Assembly (NCBI GenBank): GCA_964016885.1
Contig: OZ024744.1
Coordinates: 116,250,001 to 116,314,000 of the forward strand
Reading direction: 5' to 3'
Length of the DNA: 64,000 nucleotides
From: Eledone cirrhosa
Taxonomy: Eukaryota
A program made the translations under genes and the position numbers. Of the stretch, positions 1 to 8,569 are shown one piece after another (position 1 is the first letter of the stretch; each line of letters begins with the position of its first letter). Under the pieces are notes generated by a model that did not search any database, was not told where the DNA came from, and worked only from the letters and a program-made list of their open reading frames with translations.

Positions 1-12
1 CTGCGTGTTCGT

Positions 13-30
13 ATCACGTTAAGGTTACCA
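13..30 (-). promoter_or_regulatory. Degenerate primer-binding site (tRNA-Trp type) of a minus-strand LTR element
   Basis: Minus strand reads TGGTAACCTTAACGTGAT, 14/18 identical to the complement of the tRNA-Trp 3' end (TGGTGACCCCGACGTGAT), with all mismatches transitions; it lies 1 nt after the LTR end. Confidence 0.7.
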
Positions 31-31
31 A

Positions 32-397
32 TATAGCGAGGATACTGGATTGTATGGATGTAACAAAACGAGACATGGTTTGTATGTATAATATTTAATT
101 AACGGTAGATAGTATACTTGACATGTCAAAGATAGATGTTAGAATGAAACAAAGTTAGTAGTTACCGTTTTGATTGCCAGGCAAACGCGGCTGGCAGAGG
201 ACGCCTGGCTAAGGCCAGGCGCCTGTTGGCCAAATTAATGGCAGAGCCAAATGTGAGGCTCTTGACCAGGTGCCGAAAAGGCAATGAGAGAAAGGAAGCT
301 TAAAGTTGTTAGTTTTATAGGGCTCTGACCGGAAGTCGCAGAAAGGGTTCCACCTCCCGTCTAGATCCCAATCAAAACAAGGGAGACAACCGCTACA
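32..397 (-). mobile_element. 5' LTR (about 366 bp) of a CsRn1-like Gypsy element whose body continues left of the window
   Basis: Minus strand starts TGTAGCG and ends CGCTATA (decayed CGCTACA inverted terminus); internal CTATAAAA box and ATTAAA signal; followed by the Trp-type PBS. Confidence 0.65.
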
Positions 398-1236
398 TAA
401 CCTCCCGCCAGAATTTTAGTGTATAAAAATCGAAATGAAAATATGTAGCAAGTTGGCGAGAATGTTGTAACAGGCATGAAAATTACGACAAAAGAATGTT
501 CGGAAAAATCAATGATAGATATCAAGGTAGCCAACCGCTCTTGGCCAGCAACAGCAATACAGCAGCAGCAGCAACAGCAACAGCAATACAGCAACTCAGC
601 TTCACCAACAACCAAAGCCAGAGAATTAATTTTTGCAGCACTCTTCCTGTGAGAAAATCCATTTGGATGTTGGAAATTTCACGATATACCACATAACAGA
701 AACCACCTGCATTCATTCTCTGGAACACACTTTCTTTCCTGCTGTCATGTGATTGCACACCTGTGAACTATATTTTGTACATTTGAACTTTTGACTTTTC
801 TTACTTCCATTACTCTGTACCATATTTTTCATGCCTCTTACATGCTCGCCATCTTACTCCATGCATGCTTCTTTCGATTTTTTATGTTTTAAAAATCTGG
901 CGGGGGATACTGTAGTAAGAGTTGCCTCCCCTGCCACGACAATCGAATCGCTGTTCTCTAGACAGGAAGTAGGTGGAGTTGCTTCCCTTTGGGATTGACC
1001 AAACTCCCTAGTGGTCACTTCCGGTCAACAGAGATAAAAGGAGCGATTAACCGCGAAATCTCTCTCTCGCCTCCTGATTCCTGAAGTGGTAACATCTTCG
1101 ACCATAGCTGGTGATTCTTTCTGGACGATCCTTTCGTTACCAGCACAATGCAGCTCACCAGCCTGAGATGAGAGCGCCAAGATATTTCTACCAACTTCAC
1201 AATGGTATTATTGCCATCGGGTAACAACCCTTTACA
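398..1236 (+). mobile_element. Non-coding (TRIM-like or internally deleted) LTR element remnant: leader-like sequence, 3' UTR, PPT and 3' LTR (911-1236)
   Basis: 845-920 (TCGCCATCTTACTCCA...TCGATTTT...AAAATCTGGC...TACTGTAGTAAGA) is homologous to 8265-8344 of the full Gypsy; PPT CTGGCGGGGGATAC at 897-910; LTR runs TGTAGT...TTTACA; the CAG/CAA-rich 470-630 resembles the Gypsy leader at 3375-3515. Confidence 0.6.
546..594. repeat. Imperfect CAG/CAA trinucleotide microsatellite
   Basis: cagcaacagcaatacagcagcagcagcaacagcaacagcaatacagcaac. Confidence 0.85.
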
Positions 1237-1436
1237 TTATACACCTTTGACTTCTATGAAGTAAAACTTTATCACACACACCAGTACTCTTTGTCTTTTA
1301 TATTATGTTGCATGTGCACCGATATCTATTTCCTAAATGTCTGTCTACTAACCTTGTAATTATAAGTATTTATATATTTTATAATATATTATATTATATT
1401 ATATGTATTATTGATCCTTATTACTTACTGTTCATT

Positions 1437-1552
1437 ATATGTAACATTATGATATTTAAACTTTATATATCATGTAAGATGTCTGGATTTTTGTAATATT
1501 GTAATATGTAACATTATGATATTTAGACTTTACATATCATGTTAGATGTCTG
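1437..1552. repeat. Short AT-rich tandem duplication (period about 66 bp)
   Basis: atatgtaacattatgatattta..ctttaYatatcatgt.agatgtctg occurs twice. Confidence 0.75.
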
Positions 1553-1946
1553 TATATATATGTCAGCAACGTATACCTTCCTGCCAGATTGTTGATCGTA
1601 TATACTTACCTTATGCATATTAACGGGTGAGTAGCCCAATTTGCATAGCGAGTGTGTTAATCGGTCGGGTGCACCGTAAAAGATAAACGGAAAAAAAGGA
1701 AACAAAATTTCATTTCCCACTCTTAGTAAGGCTGTTACTTAAATATAAGTATGTACACGTACATACACATATGTATACAGACGTACGGTTGTATGTATAT
1801 ATATATACATACATGCACACATATATACATGTACGTATGGATTCACCGAACATTTATTATAATACTCGGTGTGTTTGTAAACACACATCCCGTATTAAGC
1901 CGTAGTGTCTAGCAATCATCGTTGCTGGTTTGTTCAACACTGACAA

Positions 1947-1999
1947 AGGAACGCTGTACTAGTTTCAAGCTTATTAGCTATCTTCAGCAACGTATACCT
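1947..1999 (-). ncRNA. Minimal type I hammerhead ribozyme, copy 1
   Basis: Minus strand AGGUAU-ACGUUG-CUGAAGA-UAGCUAAUAAGCUU-GAAA-CUAG-UA/CAGCGU-UCCU: conserved core, stem I ACGUUG:CAGCGU, stem II AGC:GCU, palindromic stem III CUAG, GUA cleavage triplet (cut between 1957 and 1956). Confidence 0.85.
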
Positions 2000-2367
2000 T
2001 CCTGCCAGATTGTTGAACGTATATACTTACCTTATGCATAATAACGGGTGAGTAGCCCAATTTGCATATCAAGTGGGTTAATCGGCCGGGTGCACCTAAA
2101 ACGATAAACGGAAAAAAATTAAACGAAATTTCATTTCCCACTCTTAGTACGGCTGTTACTTAAATATAAGTATGTACACGCACATACACATATGTATACA
2201 TACGTACAATAGTATGTATATATATATACATACATGCACACATATATACATGTACGTATGGATTCACCGAACATTTATTATAATGCTCGGTGTGTTTGTA
2301 AACACACATCCCGTATTAAGCCGTAGTATCTAGCAACCATCGTTGCTCGTTTGTTCAACACTGACAA

Positions 2368-2420
2368 AGGAACGCTGTACTAGTTTCAAGCTTATTAGCT
2401 ATCATCAGCAACGTATACCT
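2368..2420 (-). ncRNA. Minimal type I hammerhead ribozyme, copy 2
   Basis: Same motif as copy 1 with core CUGAUGA. Confidence 0.85.
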
Positions 2421-2787
2421 TCCTTCCAAATTGTTGAACGTATATACTTACCTTATGCATATTAACGGCGGAGTAGCCCAATTTGCATATCGAGTGGGTT
2501 AATCGGCCGGGTGCACCGAAAACGATAAACGGAAAAAATGAAACGGAATTTCATTCCCCACTCTTAGTACGGCTGTTACTTAAATATAAGTATGTACACG
2601 TACATACACATATGTATACAGAAGTACAGTATTATGTATATATATATACATACATGCACACATATATACATGTACGTATGGTTTCACCGAACATTTATTA
2701 TAATGCTCGGTGTGTTTTTAAACAAACATCCCGTATTAAGCCGTAGTGTCTAGCAACCATCGTTGCTCGTTTGTTCAACACTGACAA

Positions 2788-2840
2788 AGGAACGCTGTAC
2801 TAGTTTCAAACTTATTAGCTATCGTCAGCAACGTATACCT
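2788..2840 (-). ncRNA. Minimal type I hammerhead ribozyme, copy 3
   Basis: Same motif with core CUGACGA; stem II AGC:GUU replaces a G-C pair with a G-U wobble. Confidence 0.82.
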
Positions 2841-3073
2841 TCCTGCCAGATTGTGGAACGTAATTAATTACCTTATGCATATTAACGGCTGAGTAGCCCA
2901 ATTTGGATATCGAGTGGATTAATCGGCCGGATGCACCTAAAGCGATAAACGGGAAAAAATGAAACGAAATTTCATTCCCCACTCTTAGTACGGCTGTTAC
3001 TTAAATATAAGTAAGTACACGTACATACACATATGTATACAGACGTACAGTAGTGTGTATATATATATACATA

Positions 3074-3308
3074 TGTAGTAAGACGCCTCACGCTCCTTGA
3101 TAGAACAACGCCGGTTGAGAACGCCAGAAAGAAAAGACAGACAGCCACTGGAAAGCCGACGGATCACACGCCAGAAACCAGCCTCTGTAGAACACCATTG
3201 TTTGTGCTACATCAAAAAATAAATGTATATTTCATCTCTAATTTCTGCTGTTGAAATAATTATTATGTCACTCGTATCTCGATAACATCTATAACTAATA
3301 CTGCTAAA
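3074..3308 (+). repeat. 5' LTR of Gypsy copy 1 (235 bp)
   Basis: TGTAGTAAGACG...TACTGCTAAA with AATAAA; directly repeated at 8335 and 10656. Confidence 0.95.
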
Positions 3309-3309
3309 G

Positions 3310-3322
3310 TGGTGACCGACGT
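3310..3322 (+). promoter_or_regulatory. Primer-binding site, tRNA-Trp type with a 2-nt deletion
   Basis: TGGTGACCGACGT versus the expected TGGTGACCCCGACGT, 1 nt after the LTR; identical in copy 2 (10892-10904). Confidence 0.75.
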
Positions 3323-4173
3323 AAGAATTTAACGCAGCCCTTCTTTTTCACGTTGCCGGCCTTTTTTTCGCAACTTGTGAAAATAAAAAATATTCCTTTT
3401 AAAATTATCGAAAAATTAGTAGTATTTCAAAAAACCTTTTGCTACACTCGACAACAACAACGACAGCAGCATCAGCGACAACATTGTTTAACCACTGACC
3501 AAAACAGGGAATAGTGAGTGGCAGCTTCATAGCCTTACCGACGCAAACCACCACACATCGGAAATATCAAAACGATTCATTCGTGTCGATAATTGAGAGC
3601 AACTTTTTTTTATTCACTTGAATATTTCATTTCCGTTGCCAACTTTTTCGCAACTTACAGAAGAAAAAAGAAAAAAGTGTATTTTTCCAAGGTGGCGTTG
3701 CGTTCCTTCCCCGTTTTGTAACGGACACATTTTTTGAATTGCGTATGTCTTCCATGACTGATCAAGAGAGAAGAGACTAAACTTTTTTTTGTGAACATAA
3801 CTGCCCCGCATGTGGATATACATGCCTTACCTTTTTCTAAGGGATTTTTAGCCACTGGCTACCTTTGTTGATATCCAACGCGGATATATTTAAAAAACAA
3901 CAACATTTTTTTCCTCCTCTTTTTTACCTTATTTGATTTGGCTGGTTCGTTGAAGCAACGCGAGGGGACAGACGTTGAAGGAAAATTTTATTTTAAAAGA
4001 TATATATCTGTATCTTATGTATTTTTCATATTTCCTTATGTTTTGAATGTCTGTTTCTTTTTGCCCTTTAACTTTTTCTCAATATTGGCTGTTCTCTTTT
4101 TACTGTACAAGGGTACATTAATTGCTCTTTAGATATATATGTATATATATTTGTTTTAATTTTAAAAGTTGAC

Positions 4174-4956
4174 ATGAATGTACCACATTTGCCCGCCTTT
4201 ACTGGAAAACCTAAGATGTGGTTTGCCCAGTTACAGGCGTATTTTACGGTCTGTAAGACCGAATCTGACCAGCACCTCGCTGTACTGATTAGCGGCCTCC
4301 CCCCCCCCCCTAATCTAGCAGATTCGGTCCAAGACCTAATTACATACCCCCCCTCTGACTTGACGTATGAGTTTTTGAAGGGCGAGATTTTGAGGAGGAA
4401 TTGTAAGTCGGTAGAGAGTCGTTTTCGGTCACTGATCGAGGACGAACGATTAGGTGACAGGACCCCTACCGCTTTTCTCCGGCATTTGCGGGATTTGAGC
4501 GATTCCCAAGATCAGGATAGCCCTTTCCTGAAGCAATTGTTCTTCTCTCGCCTACCTCAAGAGGTACAGGCGATCCTAGCCCATATGCTAGAGGTGAATA
4601 CCCTGGATCACATTGCTGTCTCTGCTGACAAAATTGTAGAGGTGACGAAGAGAGACACTTCGAAGCCAAAGTACGTTGCTTCCTCTTCTCTTCCTCAATC
4701 ACGCTCATCAGCGTCTGATGGCAATTTAATCACCACAATGGAAGCCATGACTCGTCAAATGGCGGAGTTGTGCAAGGAATTCAGGTCCTTTGGACGGCAG
4801 AGGAGCCGCTCACGACGTTATTCAACTTCTCGCCACCGTAGCCCTTCCAACACACCAGGAACAACATATTGTTATTACCATGAAAGATATGGTAAAAAAG
4901 CCGCCCGTTGTAGGCCTTCTTGTGCTTACGAGGGAAAAGACGACCAGAGTCACTAA
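4174..4956 (+). CDS. gag: Gag protein (260 aa) with CHCC zinc motif
   Basis: Intact ORF; N-terminal LPAFTGKPKMWFAQL, LGDRTPT, RS-rich tract, and CYYHERYGKKAARCRPSC (C-X2-H-X9-C-X3-C) typical of the CsRn1 clade. Confidence 0.9.
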   Translation: MNVPHLPAFTGKPKMWFAQLQAYFTVCKTESDQHLAVLISGLPPPPNLADSVQDLITYPPSDLTYEFLKGEILRRNCKSVESRFRSLIEDERLGDRTPTAFLRHLRDLSDSQDQDSPFLKQLFFSRLPQEVQAILAHMLEVNTLDHIAVSADKIVEVTKRDTSKPKYVASSSLPQSRSSASDGNLITTMEAMTRQMAELCKEFRSFGRQRSRSRRYSTSRHRSPSNTPGTTYCYYHERYGKKAARCRPSCAYEGKDDQSH

Positions 4957-7900
4957 CGGCGGATAGTGCGCTCTGCGAAACATCTAACCGCCACTTTTTC
5001 ATTGAGGACCTGCTGTCAGGTAGAGCTTTTCTGGTTGACACAGGTGCAGCTTGTTCCGTATGGCCTGTATGTTGTATGAAGGAGACTTTCCTGAGACGCC
5101 TATTGAGTTGCAGGCAGTAAATTGTTCGCCGATTCGAACTTTAGGACAAATCTCGTTACCTTTGCAGTTTCGTAATCTGCGGCGCGAATTTAAATGGATA
5201 TTTACTGTCGCTGCCTTGCCGTATCCGATTCTAGGCGCGGATTTTCTCTACCATTTTTCATTGACGGTGGACCTTCGTGGTAAACGCCTAATTGATGGCA
5301 TCACGGGATTAACTGTTGTTGGCAAGGCAGCAGGAGTTCCAACGGTTAGCCCGACATTTTTTCTTGCTAACACCGGTGATCCTTTCCCTGCGTTGTTGAA
5401 CTCGTTCCCGCAACTGACTCGGGGAAATTTTCGATTTGATGAACCAACTCATACCACGGAGCACTTCATATCTACAACTGGGGCTCCCGTTTTCTCTCGC
5501 CCTCGTCGCTTGCCTCCGGACAAACTCAAAGCAGCACGATCAGAGTTTGATCATATGCTGCAAATGGGGATTATTCGTCCGTCCACGAGCCCGTGGGCGT
5601 CCCCATTACACATGGTACCGAAAGCGAATGGCGATTGGAGACCTACTGGAGATTATCGACGCCTGAATCCGATAACGGTACCGGACCGTTATCCTATCCC
5701 TCATCTGCAAGACTTTGCGTCTTCGTTGCAGGGATGCAAGATATTCTCCAAACTGGATTTAATTGGTGCGTACCATCAAATTCCTGTCCATAAAAATGAC
5801 ATTCCAAAAACGGCTATAGTTACGCCATTTGGGTCTTTCGAGTTTTTGACTATGCCGTTCGGATTAAGGAATGCCGCTAGTACTTTTCAGCGGTTTATGG
5901 ATGAGGTTACTCGCGGCCTCGATTTCGTCTATACCTATATTGACGATCTGCTCATTGCTAGTTCTTCTCCAGAGCAGCATACGTACCATTTGAATCTTCT
6001 TTTCCGCCGATTGAAGGCGTATAACGTGCAGCTTAATGCACCCAAATGTGTATTTGGTGCTGAGTCGCTGACTTTCTTGGGTCACGTCATCGATGCTGAC
6101 GGTATTCGACCCCGGCCTGAGCGAGTTAAGGTCATAGAGGATTTGCCTCCACCGACCTCACTACGTCAGTTACGCCAGTTCTTAGGTCTGGTTAACTTTT
6201 ATAGGCGTTTCGTGCCAAATTGTGCAAAATTGCTTTCTCCCTGACAGAAATTTTGAAAAATTGTCGGAGGAAGAACAAAGATATTTATTTGATAGATACT
6301 CAACTTGCTGATTTTCAGCACGCCCAAACTGTTTTGGCTAATGCTTCGTTACTGACTCACCCGGTACCCGGTGCAAAGCTAACGCTTTGTGTTGATGCAT
6401 CGGATATCACTGTGGGCGCAGTACTACAGCAAAACATCAATGGTTACCAGCAACCGCTGGAGTTTTTTTCCAAAAAGCTAAATCCTGCTGAGACGCGCTA
6501 CAGCACCTTTGGAAGAGAGCTTTTAGCCATCTATTTGGTCGTGAAACATTTTTCACATGTGCTAGAGGGTAGACAATTTACTATCCTCACTGACCATAAA
6601 CCATTGACTTTTGCTTTGAGAGCGAAGGCTGATAAATACTCGCCCAGAGAGACGAGACACCTTGATTTCATCTCGCAATATACGAGTGATATCCAGCATA
6701 TTCCGGGTTCACTAAATACAGCGGCCGACGCTTTGTCCCGCTTACCCGTGACAGCGATCTCGTCATCCTCTGACATAGATCTGACTCGTTTGGCTGCGGA
6801 TCAGCCTCCCCTTGAGTCGTTGGATGTCACATCGCCCGAGTTTGCGAATTGCGAGATGAAATACTTGCCTCTGTCGACTGCAGTTGGCCAAATTCTCTGC
6901 GACGTCTCTTTGGACGTGCCTAGGCCCTTCGTTCCAGAGAATCATCGTCGGACCGTGTTTCTGGGATTACATTGTATCTCGCATCCAGGATCTTCTGCCA
7001 CAGCAAAGCTCATATCAGCTAGATTTTTCTGGCCAAATATGAGGCGTGAAATTGCTGCTTGGTGCCGTTCCTACGTCGCTTGCCAGAGATCAAAGGTCCA
7101 TCGACACGTCAAGGCTCCCCTGGGTACCTTTGCTAACGCAGATGCGCGTTTTTCGCATATTCATATTGACATAGTGGGACCTTGGCCTGTCAGCGATGGT
7201 TTTTCTTATCTACTTACCGTCATTGACCGTTTTTCGAGATGGCCTGAGGCCATCCCTTTGAAAAACATCACCGCGGAGACAACAGCACGTGCTCTTGTGT
7301 CTGGATGGATCTCTCGTTATGGAGTTCCATCCACAATAACTACCGACCGTGGACGACAGTTCGAGTCGAGCCTTTTCCTCGAGCTGTCAAAATTAATTGG
7401 TGCTAAACGCATTAGAACTACGGCATACCATCCCGCTTCGAATGGTATGGTGGAGCGTTTTCACCGCCAACTGAAGGCCTCCTTAATGGCCTCAATGGAC
7501 TCGGCGCATTGGAGCGAGTACCTCCCTATTGTGCTACTAGGGATTCGGTCAACGGTGAAGGTCGACTTTGGATTTTCACCGGCCGAAGTACTGTACGGTG
7601 CCCCTCTGACGTTGCCCGGGCAAATGCTTGCCTCTATCGATCTTGATGCCCAAGATCACGCTTCCTACGTGTCCCGTTTGCGCTCCTATTTCCAGGATTT
7701 GCCGCCAATGGACACTAGGAAACAAACTGTCAAGACTGCTGTCCCGACGGATATTGCCTCGTGGACGCATGTCTTTGTAAGGAATGATACGGTGAAGCCC
7801 CCGCTCACACAGCCTTACACTGGACCTTACCGTGTCTTAGCGCGCTTGGCTAAGCATTTCACGTTAGATATTAAAGGGTCCAGGGAGACAGTTACAATAG

Positions 7901-8109
7901 ACAAGCTTAAGCAGGCTCACTTTGACACGGACGCTGTGGTTCCTGATCCACGAACCCCTTCGTATTTGCCTGTTGAGCGAACGCCTGTTCCTGAACCACC
8001 ATCATCGCCTGTCCCTACACCACCACCATCGCCACGTTACAAGACCACGACCCTTTCAGGTTGTAGGGTCCACTGGCCCAAAAAATTTTGCAGCACCGTC
8101 TATATTTAG
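4932..8109 (+). pseudogene. pol: Pol polyprotein (protease, RT, RNase H, integrase) split by two frameshifts
   Basis: Protease FLVDTGA (ORF 4920-5120); [30 protein letters not shown] (ORF 5051-6244); RNase H DAS, RELLAI, TDHKPL, ADALSR and integrase HIDIVGP, TDRGRQF, VERFHR, GPY (ORF 6220-8109). Frameshifts near 5070 and 6238. Confidence 0.93.
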
Positions 8110-8334
8110 ACTATGTTAGCTGCACCTTTTTTTTGCCTCTGTGTTTCTGCTTTTTCTTTGCCTTGTTTTTTTATGCATGCATGTCGTTTTTTTTTTAACA
8201 TTTTTCAAATCCTTATTCTGGATTCAATTTTTGCTAGAGCGGATAGCTCCCCCTTGTTGCATTGTTCGCCATCTTACTCCACATGTAAGTAATGACATCG
8301 ATTTTCGATAATTTGAAAATCTGGCTCGAGGTAC

Positions 8335-8569
8335 TGTAGTAAGACGCCTCACGCTCCTTGATAGAACAACGCCGGTTGAGAACGCCAGAAAGAAAAGACA
8401 GACAGCCACTGGAAAGCCGACGGATGACACGCCAGAAACCAGCCTCTGTACAACACCAATGTTTGTGCTACATCAAAAAATAAACGTATATTTCATCTCT
8501 AATTTCTGCTGTTGAAATAATTATTATGTCACTCGTATCTCGATAATATCTATAACTAATACTGCTAAA
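8335..8569 (+). repeat. 3' LTR of Gypsy copy 1
   Basis: Matches 3074-3308 with 5 substitutions by my count; preceded by a degenerate PPT, CTGGCTCGAGGTAC. Confidence 0.95.

Larger units (their letters stand above)
1562..3073 (-). repeat. 421-bp tandem repeat (about 3.6 units) carrying hammerhead ribozymes; retrozyme or Penelope pseudo-LTR-like array
   Basis: CAGCAACGTATACCTTCC recurs at 1564, 1985, 2406 and 2826 (periods 421, 421, 420); the right end is cut by the Gypsy LTR at 3074. Confidence 0.92.
3074..8569 (+). mobile_element. Full-length Ty3/Gypsy LTR retrotransposon, CsRn1/Kabuki/Boudicca-like clade (copy 1), defective
   Basis: 235-bp LTRs at both ends, Trp-type PBS, CHCC Gag, pol order PR-RT-RH-IN, frameshifts in pol. 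Confidence 0.95.

Noticed and set aside
361-758. Poly-Cys and poly-Ala ORFs
   Set aside because: Translations of the CAG/CAA microsatellite in a non-coding LTR-element leader.
1602-1611. U1 snRNA gene (ATACTTACCT matches the U1 5' end)
   Set aside because: The match stops after 10 nt; better explained as the reverse complement of a consensus splice donor.
1523-2746. Protein coding in the 421-bp repeat (65 and 87 aa ORFs) or a Penelope RT/GIY-YIG remnant
   Set aside because: The ORFs are not maintained between units and show no recognisable motifs; the predicted spliced product stops after four codons.
3614-4132. Extra ORFs in the Gypsy leader (also 11195-11713)
   Set aside because: Short, low-complexity and T-rich; conserved only because the two element copies are near-identical.
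7960-8109. Chromodomain or env gene after the integrase
   Set aside because: The C-terminus is a Pro-rich tail ending in a TRSGR-like motif; there are no chromodomain residues and no room for env before the PPT.
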